From NCBI GenBank assembly GCA_903845115.1, contig CAIMWE010000123.1, positions 1,345-65,344 on the forward strand: a stretch of DNA of 64,000 nt, read 5' to 3'. The first letter of the stretch is position 1; each line of letters opens with the position of its first letter. The position numbers and the translations under genes were made by a program. The notes beneath the pieces are model-generated. The model was not told the origin of the DNA, searched no databases, and worked only from the letters and a program-made list of their open reading frames with translations. The stretch comes from an uncultured Acidobacteriota bacterium (GTDB lineage Bacteria > Acidobacteriota > Thermoanaerobaculia > UBA5066). Positions 54,985 through 64,000 of this stretch are shown piece after piece.

Positions 54985-57900
54985 ATGCGCCGACTCCTGA
55001 CGCCGTCCGTCGTCCTACTCGCGGGCCTTTCGCTGGCCCTGGTCGGGTGCTCCGGTGAATCGCCGACCTCCCCCTCGGGAGCGGGAGGAGGTTCTGGAAG
55101 CGGGACCTGCGCGGTGACGATTTCCCTCAGCGCCACGTCCGTGACCCCGCTCGCGGGGACCGGCGTGATCATCCGGGCGACCGTCAAGAAGAACGGAGTG
55201 GCCGTGCCGGACGGTTCCTCCGTCGTCTTCACGACCGACTTCGGCATCTTCCTGGAGACCGGTCTGCCCAGCGTCTCGAAGGTGACGACGAGCGGCTTCG
55301 CGGACGTCACGCTCGGATCGGCTGCGTCCGGGACCTCGAACGTGAAAGCCACCCTCGACTGCGGGACGTCCACGATCGCCGTCCAGTTCGCCGCGATCCC
55401 GACGGACGGCCCGTACATCTCCTCGATGTCGCCGCTGACCGGCAGCTGCCTGGGAGGCGACATCGTCACGATCATCGGCGGGCGCTTCCTGACCTCGCTC
55501 GCCGTCCAGCCGAAGGTGACGTTCGGCGGCGCCCAGGCGACGGTCACCTCGGCGAGTGCCAGTCAGATCGTCGTCCTGACACCGTCTCGGACGCTGGCGG
55601 ATTCGTCCGTTCCGGAGACGGTGAACGTCGTGGTGACGGTCAATCCGGGGACGGGGGCGATCCAGACGACGACCCCGGCGAAGTTCACGTACACCTGCAT
55701 CGGCAAGCGCGTGGCGATCACCTCGGTCAACCCGAAAGTTGGCTCGCAGCTGGGGAACGAGCCGGTCGTGGTCACCGGCGTCAACTTCCTCCCGTCGTCC
55801 TCGTCCGGGCCTGCCACGACTCGCGTCACATTCGGCAACGTCACCGCAAGCGTGACCGGCCAGACCAACACGGCCCTGAACGTCACCACCCCGAAGCACC
55901 TACTGGCGAACCCGGCCGTCCCGGAGACCGTGGACGTCGGGGTCACCGTCGACCTCGGGCTCCCGACCCAGCAGTCGGCGTCGCTCCCCCAGTCGTTCAC
56001 CTACGTCGCGACCGGACAGGGAACAGCGTGCGGCAGCGATCCCCGCCTGTTCATCACCCGGGTGGCCACCCCGGCGAACAGCACGAGCCCGGGCTCGACG
56101 GACGGGGGCGAGGTCGTCACGATCAGCGGCGGCGGGTTCCTGCCGCAGGTGAACAGCCGCATCAAGGTCGAGTTCGGCGGGATCCAGGCCGTCGCCACCG
56201 CCGACTCCGACAGCCAGATCACCGCGATCGCGCCCCGGTTCACCCTGACGAATCCTGACCAGCCGCAGGCGGTCGACATCAAGGTCACCGTCGACGTGGG
56301 CGGTTCCCGCGAGGCGTGTATAACGGCCACGAAGGCATACACCTACTTCCCGGGCTCGTACACGATCCCCTTCATCACCTCGATGTCGCCCTCGACCGGG
56401 CCGAACGACGCGTCCACCCGCGTCACGATCTTCGGGAAGAACTTCCGCTTCCCGGCCCAGGTCTTCGTCGGCGTCGCGGAGGCGGCGGTCGTGTCGATCA
56501 GCTCGAGCCAGATCGTCTTCATGACCCCGACGGCTACCGGCGCGAACGCCGCCATGGCCGGGCAGCCCCAGCAGGTCAAGGTGCTCGACACCTACTCCGG
56601 CTCCTACGCCCTGAACCCGAACAACATCACGTTCCGGTACTACTCCTGCCCGACCACCGGGACGGCCGCGCCCGCCACCGCTCCGTGGAACGTCTCCACG
56701 CCGGTCACGATCTCTGGCAGCGGGTTCGAGGAGCCGGTCGAGGCTGTCTTCACGGCGAAGGGGTCGACCTACCGGGTGAACGTGGTCTCCGTCTCCTCGA
56801 GCGCCATCGTCGTCCAGATGCCGGTGCTCGACCAGTTGCTCGGAACAGGGAACTTCGACTGTACCGACGTGACCGGCTCGATTGCGCTGACCTTCCCGGG
56901 CCTCGCCTGCGCGGGCACGATCCAGGTGTCGTTCACCTACCAGATGAACCGGCCGACCATCTCCTCGGTGTCTCCGCCCACGGTGACGCAGGCGGGAGGC
57001 CAGACCGTGACCGTGACGGGCACGAACTTCACCTCTCCGATGTCCGTCGTGATCTCTGCAAGCGGCTACAGCCAGACCGTCAACGCGGTCACGGTCGGGT
57101 CGAGCAGCCAGCTGACGTTCACGGCGCCTGCGCTGCCCAGCTCGGCGTTCACGACGCAGTCCTGCACGACGTCCGGGGTCACGGGCACCCAGCTGACGAC
57201 GACCAGCTTCGGCGTCGCCATCACCCGCTCCTCCGGAGGGTGCACCGCCCAGCTTTCGAACTCGCTCAGCTACACGCCGACCGACACGACCTGCAAGACG
57301 ACGCCGGTCATCACCACGACCTCGCTGCCGGCGGCCGCCGTTTGCGCGACCTACACCCCGACGACGATCGCCGTCGCCGGGGGCTTGTCACCGTACTCGT
57401 TCAGCGCGACCGGCCTCCCGGCGGGCCTCGCCATCGACCCGGCCCTGGGCAAGATCACCGGAAACCCCAGCCTCCCCGTCCCCGGTCCGGGGGTCCTGAA
57501 CACGACGTACAACGTGATCGTCACGGTGACGGACTCGTCCACGCCGCCTCTTTCGGCCTCGCGGACGTTACCGCTCTTCCTCAACGACCCGACCGCTCCG
57601 CTGGGCATCGCCGGTCCGGCGAACGGCACCGTTCCCGCGACGGGAGGGACGGTCGGACCCTACACGGCGTCGGGAGGCGCCGGGACGATCGCCTGGACGG
57701 TCACCTCGGTCAACCCGGCCACGGGCCTGATCACCGCCTCGGCTAGCCCGGTCAACCTGGTCGTCTCACCGACCCTGGCCGCCGGCTCCTACACGGTCAC
57801 CCTGCAAGCAGCTGACTCTCTGTCGTGCGGGCCGCACGCCGCGACGAAGACCGTGACGGTCGTCAAGCAGGCTGGGACGGTCCTCGACATCAACCCGGTC

Positions 57901-59160
57901 ACGATTCCGCAGCAGACCCTCTGCACAGCGTCGACCGTTCCGCAGTTCACCACGGCGGCAGGGGCCTCCGGGACTGGCACCCTGACGTGGGCTCTCTCGT
58001 CCGTGCCGGCCCTGCCGAACGGATTGGTCTTCAACACGGGGACGGGCGCGCTGACAGGCACGCCGCAGCTGATGGCATCTAGCCCGTACGCCCAGACGAC
58101 GACCTATGCGCTGACGGTCACGGTCACCGACTCCGCGATCCCGGCCCAGACGGCTACCCGGACCTTCTCGATGGTGATCAGCGACCCGATGGCGCCGTTC
58201 AACATCCTCGGGCCGACGAACGTCGTCATTCCGGCGGCGGGAGGAGCTCAGGCCTACTCGATCAATCCAAGCGCGACGGGCGCCTTCGTCCCGGTCACCT
58301 GGCAGCTCAGTGGCTCGATCCCTGCGGGCATCACGTTGTCGCCTCTGTCGGGAAACTCGACGACCATCGTCGTCGATGCCTCGGTGCCGGCCACGGGGGG
58401 CGTCGGGACTCCCTTCTACGAATTCACTCTCAAGGCAGTGGATAACAGCTGCGGCACGGTGAAACACACGGTTGATCTAGTCGTTCGGGTCACGAAGCCG
58501 TCCGGCGGTCTCCTGGCGTTCAATTACACCTCGTTCCCGAATGCGACGGTCTGTGCGGCCTATTTGAATGCCCCCACGACGACAGGCGGAACCGGGCCCA
58601 TCACGTACTCCCTGGTTGCCTCCTCGCTTCCGACGGGGCTCAATCTCAATACGAGCAACGGGGCGATCACCGGTGCGGCGGCAATCCTCGCGAGCGGGCC
58701 CGGCACGGTATCGCAGTCGTACACGGTGAGCATCCGGGCGACCGATTCGACGAGTCCCCCTCAGACCGTGACGAACACGTACACCTTCAACGTTCTCGAC
58801 CCGGCGGCGCTGTTCGGTGTCACGGGATCGACGACCGTGGCTCCAACGTCCGCGGCCGGCGGAAATTTCACTTACAACCTCTCCGGTACAACCGTCCCCG
58901 TCCCGGAGAATTGGCCGTACACGTGGTCCATCGTATCGGTCACTCCCGTCGGTGCGGCTCAGTCGGCTCCAGGGGGAGCCTTCACGCTGAGTCCGAATGG
59001 GGTGTCGAACAGCACGTCGGCGACCTTGGGGGTTGCAGGAAGCGGAGTACTGGTGACGGGAGATTCTTACGACGTGACTATCCAGGTCCGCGATAGTGGG
59101 TGTTCGAGTGCCGGGAACTACCACGTGAACACGATCACGGTTCGCGTGAACGTCTCGTGA
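54985..59160 (+). CDS. Very large surface lipoprotein with tandem IPT/TIG-like and He_PIG (putative Ig) domains
   Basis: Lipoprotein signal MRRLLTPSVVLLAGLSLALVGCSG. Repeated about 90-aa modules with S.SP.TG...GG..VTI.G..F (IPT/TIG-like), and later modules with GLPAGL...G.ITG.P (He_PIG-like). About 1390 aa. Confidence 0.65.
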   Translation: MRRLLTPSVVLLAGLSLALVGCSGESPTSPSGAGGGSGSGTCAVTISLSATSVTPLAGTGVIIRATVKKNGVAVPDGSSVVFTTDFGIFLETGLPSVSKVTTSGFADVTLGSAASGTSNVKATLDCGTSTIAVQFAAIPTDGPYISSMSPLTGSCLGGDIVTIIGGRFLTSLAVQPKVTFGGAQATVTSASASQIVVLTPSRTLADSSVPETVNVVVTVNPGTGAIQTTTPAKFTYTCIGKRVAITSVNPKVGSQLGNEPVVVTGVNFLPSSSSGPATTRVTFGNVTASVTGQTNTALNVTTPKHLLANPAVPETVDVGVTVDLGLPTQQSASLPQSFTYVATGQGTACGSDPRLFITRVATPANSTSPGSTDGGEVVTISGGGFLPQVNSRIKVEFGGIQAVATADSDSQITAIAPRFTLTNPDQPQAVDIKVTVDVGGSREACITATKAYTYFPGSYTIPFITSMSPSTGPNDASTRVTIFGKNFRFPAQVFVGVAEAAVVSISSSQIVFMTPTATGANAAMAGQPQQVKVLDTYSGSYALNPNNITFRYYSCPTTGTAAPATAPWNVSTPVTISGSGFEEPVEAVFTAKGSTYRVNVVSVSSSAIVVQMPVLDQLLGTGNFDCTDVTGSIALTFPGLACAGTIQVSFTYQMNRPTISSVSPPTVTQAGGQTVTVTGTNFTSPMSVVISASGYSQTVNAVTVGSSSQLTFTAPALPSSAFTTQSCTTSGVTGTQLTTTSFGVAITRSSGGCTAQLSNSLSYTPTDTTCKTTPVITTTSLPAAAVCATYTPTTIAVAGGLSPYSFSATGLPAGLAIDPALGKITGNPSLPVPGPGVLNTTYNVIVTVTDSSTPPLSASRTLPLFLNDPTAPLGIAGPANGTVPATGGTVGPYTASGGAGTIAWTVTSVNPATGLITASASPVNLVVSPTLAAGSYTVTLQAADSLSCGPHAATKTVTVVKQAGTVLDINPVTIPQQTLCTASTVPQFTTAAGASGTGTLTWALSSVPALPNGLVFNTGTGALTGTPQLMASSPYAQTTTYALTVTVTDSAIPAQTATRTFSMVISDPMAPFNILGPTNVVIPAAGGAQAYSINPSATGAFVPVTWQLSGSIPAGITLSPLSGNSTTIVVDASVPATGGVGTPFYEFTLKAVDNSCGTVKHTVDLVVRVTKPSGGLLAFNYTSFPNATVCAAYLNAPTTTGGTGPITYSLVASSLPTGLNLNTSNGAITGAAAILASGPGTVSQSYTVSIRATDSTSPPQTVTNTYTFNVLDPAALFGVTGSTTVAPTSAAGGNFTYNLSGTTVPVPENWPYTWSIVSVTPVGAAQSAPGGAFTLSPNGVSNSTSATLGVAGSGVLVTGDSYDVTIQVRDSGCSSAGNYHVNTITVRVNVS

Positions 59161-59204
59161 GTTCACGCGACAAGGCGCTGATGGCCGGCTGATCTCGAGT
59201 CGAT

Positions 59205-59240
59205 TTCCGGGCCGCCTCCGGGCGGCCCGGTTCTTTGTAC
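59205..59240 (+). terminator. Rho-independent terminator (GGGCCGCC-TCCG-GGCGGCCC followed by GGTTCTTTG)
   Basis: GC stem-loop plus a T-rich tail about 50 nt after the large lipoprotein stop. Confidence 0.55.
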
Positions 59241-59336
59241 GTTTTCCTCCCCCCTCCTGGGGCAGAAAGGCACCCAAGGGCCCTCTTCTGTTCCAGGGGT
59301 TGCTCCCGTAAACTTTCTTGTCCTACCGGGAGAACG

Positions 59337-60887
59337 ATGGCTTTCTTCGGACGTTCCGCCCCCCCACCCACGCGGCTCGAGGAGCTGAAGAGGGCGCTCC
59401 AGAAGGAGCCGGGCTCCCGCCAGTTCCTGGCGTTGGCCGAGGAGCTCCGGAAGGAAGGGGAGTTCGGCGAGGCGATCCGGGCCCTGGAGAACGGGCTCAG
59501 GTACCACCCGACCTACGTCGCGGCGCAAGTCTCGCTGGGCCGGGTCCTTCGCGAGTCCGGCCGGCCCGACGACGCGCTGAAGGCCTTCCTGAACGCCCTG
59601 AGGCTCGACGGGGAGAACCTGGTCGCCATCAAGCAGGCGGCGCTCCTCTACCTCGAGAAGGGCGAGCAGGTCGAAGCCGTGAAGAAGCTGAAGCGGTACC
59701 GGGGCCTCAACCCCGGCGACAAGGAGGTCGCCGAGGAGATCGAGCGTCTCGACCTGGAGCTGGGCTCGACCTCGCGGCTGCGGTCGTCGTCGATCCCGGC
59801 CGGGCTTCCTCTCCCCCAGCGGGATCCGTCCACGCGGCCCTTCATCACGCCGCCACCGGCCCCGCAGGCGCCGGAGGAGATGCGGATTCAGGCGGAGCCC
59901 TTCCCCGTCTATTCGGTCGAGCCGCCTCGGGAGCCGTCCGTGGCTGGCGAGCCCGACCGCTCGCCCGCGGGACTGGAGCCGGCGTACGCCTCCCTCACGA
60001 AGGTGGTGGTGCGGGAAGACGATCGCGCCTCCCGGCCGCCTGTCGCCGAGCCGGACGTCTTCCTCTTCGAGGCGGAGGTGGAGCCGGTGCGGCAGGGGGA
60101 GCCCTCCCCGGCACCTTCCGATCCGTTCGCCGGCGAGGTCGAGCGGTCGGTGGAGGACGAGGATCGGACCCTTCCTGGCAGGCCGATCGGCCTGCCCGTG
60201 TCCGGCACCGCCCCCGAAGCGCCCTCCGGCTCGGCCGGCACGGGCGAGGCTCCGGCGAAAGAGCGGCGCGGGGAGCGGCGCGGTGAGCTGTTCTCGGAAA
60301 CCCTCGCAGACCTGTACCTCTCCCAGGGGCTCAGGCTCGAGGCGAGGAACGCGTTCGAGACCATGGCGTGCACGGAGGAGGATCCGGGGCGCGCGGCGGC
60401 CTTCCGGGCCCGAGCGCGAGCGATTGCGGAAGAGGACGCCGCGGCCGCGGCGACCGCGGGCGCCGGGGATCCCCGGGTGCGGCGGCTCGTGGCCTACCTC
60501 GGCCTCGTCGGAAGGCCCGAGCCAGGCCCCGGGGACCTGAACGAGATCGTGGACGAGCTCGTCCGTTCCGGCTCGGGCATCGAGACCGCGATCGTGATGG
60601 AGTCCGGTGGCGTCCCGGTGGTGATGGCCGGCCCGTTCGGGCAGGCCGAGGAGCTCCTGTCGGCCGAGCTGGGCGCCTTCTGGAAGAACCTGAAACGGGG
60701 GAGCGACGACGTCGAGGCGGGGAAGCCGTCCGCGGTGTCGCTCGTGGCGGATGCGGGAAGCGCGGTAGTCTCCGGAATCGGGGACGGCTACGCCCTCGTC
60801 CTTCGGATCGCCGCGGGGGTGTCGCTGGGCCGGATCCGCTACCAGGCGGCCCGGGCAGTGTGCCGCCTGCGCCCCCTTCTGGCCTGA
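59337..60887 (+). CDS. TPR-repeat protein with a C-terminal roadblock/LC7 (MglB-like) domain
   Basis: N-terminal TPRs (ALAEELRKEGEFGEAIRALENGLRYHPTYVAAQVSLGRVL...ALKAFLNALRLD). A long acidic Pro-rich linker. C-terminus GIETAIVMESGGVPVVMAGP...GYALVLRIAAGVSLGRIRYQAARA matches the roadblock fold pattern. Confidence 0.55.
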   Translation: MAFFGRSAPPPTRLEELKRALQKEPGSRQFLALAEELRKEGEFGEAIRALENGLRYHPTYVAAQVSLGRVLRESGRPDDALKAFLNALRLDGENLVAIKQAALLYLEKGEQVEAVKKLKRYRGLNPGDKEVAEEIERLDLELGSTSRLRSSSIPAGLPLPQRDPSTRPFITPPPAPQAPEEMRIQAEPFPVYSVEPPREPSVAGEPDRSPAGLEPAYASLTKVVVREDDRASRPPVAEPDVFLFEAEVEPVRQGEPSPAPSDPFAGEVERSVEDEDRTLPGRPIGLPVSGTAPEAPSGSAGTGEAPAKERRGERRGELFSETLADLYLSQGLRLEARNAFETMACTEEDPGRAAAFRARARAIAEEDAAAAATAGAGDPRVRRLVAYLGLVGRPEPGPGDLNEIVDELVRSGSGIETAIVMESGGVPVVMAGPFGQAEELLSAELGAFWKNLKRGSDDVEAGKPSAVSLVADAGSAVVSGIGDGYALVLRIAAGVSLGRIRYQAARAVCRLRPLLA

Positions 60888-60912
60888 CAGCCCTTTCTTT
60901 TCGAGGAGACCG

Positions 60913-61413
60913 ATGAACGTCAAAGAGATCAAGGAGCTCGTGGACCTCGTGGCGCGCCGCGGACTGGCGGGCCTGGAAGTGGAGAGGGCCGGATTCCGCC
61001 TCCGGATCGAGGGGCCTCGCCAGGAGCACTTCCGGGCGGCCTCCCACGCGGGGGCCCACCCGGCGGAGCTGGTGGACGCCGTCCCGATGTCGCTTCCCCC
61101 GTCCTCCGCGCCCGCCCCGGCGGCCTCCACGGCCGCGGGATCGGCGGCCAGGCCGGCGCCCGTCGAGGACGGCCTCCACGTCGTCACGGCGCCGATCGTG
61201 GGGACCTTCTACCGCTCTCCGAACCCGGACGCGGAGCCGTTCGTCAAGACGGGCGGGACGGTCGAGAAGGGCCAGACCCTCTGCATCATCGAGGCGATGA
61301 AGCTCATGAACGAGATCGAGGCGGACGCCGACGGCACGGTCGTCGAGGTCTTCCCTCAGAACGGTCAGCCGGTCGAGTACGGCGAGCGGCTGTTCTCGAT
61401 CCGTCCCCGCTGA
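60913..61413 (+). CDS. accB: Acetyl-CoA carboxylase biotin carboxyl carrier protein
   Basis: C-terminal biotinyl domain with [15 protein letters not shown]. Confidence 0.9.
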   Translation: MNVKEIKELVDLVARRGLAGLEVERAGFRLRIEGPRQEHFRAASHAGAHPAELVDAVPMSLPPSSAPAPAASTAAGSAARPAPVEDGLHVVTAPIVGTFYRSPNPDAEPFVKTGGTVEKGQTLCIIEAMKLMNEIEADADGTVVEVFPQNGQPVEYGERLFSIRPR

Positions 61414-61435
61414 TCCGTGGCCGCCAGAACCTGAC

Positions 61436-62803
61436 ATGTTCCAGAAGATCCTCGTCGCGAACCGGGGCGAGATCGCCCTGCGCGTGATCGCCGCCTGCAA
61501 GGAGCTCGGCATCCAGACCGTTGCGGTCCACTCCGAGGCGGACCGGGAGGCGCTCCACGTGCAGGCCGCGGACGAGTCGGTGTGCATCGGCCCCGCCGCT
61601 TCTTCCGGCTCCTACCTGAACATCACGAGCCTCGTCGCCGCCGCCGAGATCACCGGCGCCGACGCGGTCCACCCCGGCTACGGCTTCCTCGCCGAGAACG
61701 CCCGCTTCGCCGAGATCCTCGAGGAGGTCGGCCTGACCTGGATCGGACCTTCGCCGGATGCGATCCGGCGGATGGGGGACAAGGCGGTCGCCCGCGACAC
61801 GATGAAGAGGGTGGGGGTGCCGACCGTGCCCGGGAGCCCGGGACCGCTGGACTCGGTGGAAGACGGCCTCGCCATCGCGGACCGGATCGGCTACCCGGTC
61901 CTCCTGAAGGCGGTGGCGGGCGGCGGAGGCCGCGGCATGCGCGTCGCCGCAAACGGCAAGGAGCTGGCCGCCGCGTTCGAGCTGGCGACCTCGGAGGCGG
62001 AGCGCGCCTTCGGCAATGGCAGCGTGTACCTCGAGAAGTACCTCTCCGAGCCTCGCCACATCGAGTTCCAGGTCTTCGGGGACCAGCACGGCAGGGTGGT
62101 CCACCTGGGCGAGAGGGAGTGCTCGCTGCAGCGAAGGCACCAGAAAGTCCTCGAGGAGTCTCCGTCGCCGGCGATGACCCGGGCGCTCCGGGCGGCGATG
62201 GGGAATGCCGCGGTCGCGGCGGCCCGCGCCGTCGACTACGTCGGCGCCGGAACGGTCGAGTTCCTCCTGGAGGACGGAAAGTTCTACTTCATGGAGATGA
62301 ACACCCGGATCCAGGTCGAGCACCCGGTGACCGAGATGGTGACCGGCTTCGACCTCGTCAAGGAGCAGATCCGGGCGGCGGCCGGCGAGCCGCTCTCGTT
62401 CCCCGGCGTCGTCGGCAAGGGCGGGGGCTCGGAATTCCAGCCTCGCGGACACGCGATCGAGTTCCGGATCAACGCCGAGGACCCGGTCACGTTCGCCCCG
62501 TCGCCCGGGACGATCACCACGTTTCACCCGCCCGGCGGACCCGGGGTCCGGGTCGACACCGCCGCCTACCAGGGCTGGAAGATCCCGCCCTACTACGACT
62601 CGCTGATCGCCAAGCTCGTGGTTCACGGGCGAGACCGCGAGGAGGCTCTCGCCCGCGGCAAGAGGGCGCTCGAGCTGTTCGTCATCGAGGGGGTCAAGAC
62701 GACGATCCCTCTCCACCTGAGGCTGATCGGGGCGAAGGACGTCCGGGAGGGCAACACGTCGACGAAGTGGCTGGAGCGCTGGCTGAAGGAGTCGAAAGAC
62801 TGA
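61436..62803 (+). CDS. accC: Acetyl-CoA carboxylase biotin carboxylase subunit
   Basis: [16 protein letters not shown]..., ATP-grasp ([19 protein letters not shown]) and [14 protein letters not shown]. Confidence 0.9.
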   Translation: MFQKILVANRGEIALRVIAACKELGIQTVAVHSEADREALHVQAADESVCIGPAASSGSYLNITSLVAAAEITGADAVHPGYGFLAENARFAEILEEVGLTWIGPSPDAIRRMGDKAVARDTMKRVGVPTVPGSPGPLDSVEDGLAIADRIGYPVLLKAVAGGGGRGMRVAANGKELAAAFELATSEAERAFGNGSVYLEKYLSEPRHIEFQVFGDQHGRVVHLGERECSLQRRHQKVLEESPSPAMTRALRAAMGNAAVAAARAVDYVGAGTVEFLLEDGKFYFMEMNTRIQVEHPVTEMVTGFDLVKEQIRAAAGEPLSFPGVVGKGGGSEFQPRGHAIEFRINAEDPVTFAPSPGTITTFHPPGGPGVRVDTAAYQGWKIPPYYDSLIAKLVVHGRDREEALARGKRALELFVIEGVKTTIPLHLRLIGAKDVREGNTSTKWLERWLKESKD

Positions 62804-63318
62804 ACGCGCGTTCCACCTCGAGGGTCTACCTCGTCGGGTTCATGGGCTCGGGGAAGACGTCCGTCGGGAGGATTCTGGCGGCGCGTCGCGGCGTCCCCTT
62901 CGTCGACCTCGACCAGGCGTTCGAGGCGATGGCGGGTCAGACCGTTCGGGAGGTCTTCAGGGTGCACGGCGAGGCGTGGTTCCGCGAGCGGGAGGCGGAG
63001 CTGCTCCGGGGAACCGTGACGCTGCCGGCCGCGGTGGTCGCCGCCGGGGGCGGGACCTTCACGTTTCCGGCGAACCGGGAGTTCATCGCGTCGAGCGGCA
63101 TCTCGGTCTTCCTGGACGTGCCGTTCTCCGTGATCGAGAAGCGGCTCGAGGGAAAGGCGGCCGACCGCCCCCTCTTCCGGTCCGTCTCCCAGGCGTTCGT
63201 GCTCTACGAGGCGCGGCTCCCCTCCTATAGAATGTCGGACCTCGTGGTGAGAGTCGGGGCGACGGAGAGCGCTGGGACGGTGGCGCTTCGTGTAGACGGG
63301 GCGCTGTGCGCTATCTGA
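62767..63318 (+). CDS. aroK: Shikimate kinase
   Basis: [19 protein letters not shown] (P-loop) and [17 protein letters not shown]. The start is uncertain (GTG at 62767 overlaps accC, or a non-canonical start). Confidence 0.7.
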   Translation: MAGALAEGVERLNARSTSRVYLVGFMGSGKTSVGRILAARRGVPFVDLDQAFEAMAGQTVREVFRVHGEAWFREREAELLRGTVTLPAAVVAAGGGTFTFPANREFIASSGISVFLDVPFSVIEKRLEGKAADRPLFRSVSQAFVLYEARLPSYRMSDLVVRVGATESAGTVALRVDGALCAI

Positions 63319-64000
63319 TCCTGTCGGACCTTCACGGGAACGACGAAGCCCTCTCCGCGGTGCTCGGGCGGCTGAAACGCAAGAGGCTCGACCGGATCGT
63401 CTGCCTGGGGGACTTCGTCGGGTACGGCGCCGACCCGAACAAGATCGTGGATCGCTTCCGGCGGATGCCCCGTCCGACTCTCGCGATCCGGGGGAACCAC
63501 GACAAGGTCGCCTCCGGGATCGACAACGGCGATACGTTCAACCCTCCGGCGCTCGAGGCGGCGCGCTGGACCCGCGAGAAGCTCTCCCGGGAGAACGCGG
63601 AGTTCCTCCGCCGTCTCCCTCCGGGGCCGGCCATCGTGGACGGGAGCTTCGGCATCTGCCACGGCTCGCCGATCGACGAGGATTCCTACATCTTCTCGGA
63701 CCTCGACGCCTCGGTGAATTTCCTGTACCTCGAGCGTCTCGTGCCGGGCATCGACCTTTTCTTCTTCGGCCACAGCCACATCCCGTCGATCTTCACGCTC
63801 GACGGCGACGAGATCCTCGTGGAGGCGGTCCGGAAGCCCCGGGCGCGGCTCGTGCTCGAGCCCGGAAAGCGCTACCTGGTGAACCCGGGCTCGGTCGGCC
63901 AGCCCCGCGACCGGAACCCCAGGGCGAGCTACGTTCTCTACGACTCCGGCACGCGGACGATTCACTTCGAGCGGGTCGCGTTCGACGTCGAGCGGTCGCG
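63306..64000 (+). CDS. Metallophosphoesterase (YfcE/MJ0936-like), C-terminus beyond the window
   Basis: GTG start overlapping the aroK stop. [21 protein letters not shown] and GHSH are the calcineurin-like phosphoesterase motifs. Confidence 0.7.
   Translation, partial: MRYLILSDLHGNDEALSAVLGRLKRKRLDRIVCLGDFVGYGADPNKIVDRFRRMPRPTLAIRGNHDKVASGIDNGDTFNPPALEAARWTREKLSRENAEFLRRLPPGPAIVDGSFGICHGSPIDEDSYIFSDLDASVNFLYLERLVPGIDLFFFGHSHIPSIFTLDGDEILVEAVRKPRARLVLEPGKRYLVNPGSVGQPRDRNPRASYVLYDSGTRTIHFERVAFDVERS

Overview
High-GC (about 70%) bacterial chromosomal segment, about 50 genes, consistent with an Acidobacteriota-like lineage (this is an inference). Most of it is translationally coupled housekeeping operons: mltG-ruvX; thiolase with CoA-transferase A/B; lptD; rfbA/rfbD; tal-tkt-zwf-pgl-glk; fkpA; queD-like; holA; GT4-fcl-aceK; secDF; hflX; relA; rpmB; a pilMNOPQ type IV pilus operon; accBC-aroK. 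Accessory content is (i) an intergenic group II intron with an endonuclease-less RT/maturase; (ii) two copies of a structured repeat element (hairpin, CTGATCAATATTG, then 27-nt tandem units) sitting at gene 3' ends; (iii) the most interesting locus, 36.3-43.5 kb. That locus holds a PqqD-family RiPP-recognition-element protein, a PF14907-type nucleotidyltransferase and an HPr-kinase-like P-loop kinase, the trio known as lasso-peptide tailoring/recognition partners. No lasso cyclase or leader peptidase is present. Instead the trio is embedded among a SunS-like GT2-TPR glycosyltransferase fused to an unknown C-terminal domain, a free-standing paralog of that domain, a GT-A-like protein and a Methyltransf_24 methyltransferase. 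I read this as a candidate undescribed peptide/protein modification (RiPP-like or glycosylation) system. Other points are a fused VTE5-like/VTE6-like prenol kinase next to a UbiA-family (DGGGPS/ChlG-subfamily-like) prenyltransferase, an apparently frameshifted DsbD_2-like gene facing a TlpA thioredoxin, and a 1.4k-aa IPT/Ig-repeat lipoprotein plus a TPR-roadblock protein downstream of the pilus operon. Coordinates come from the supplied ORF track plus my own internal start picks, and internal starts may be off by a few nt. All functional calls are from motif recognition by eye, with no database search.
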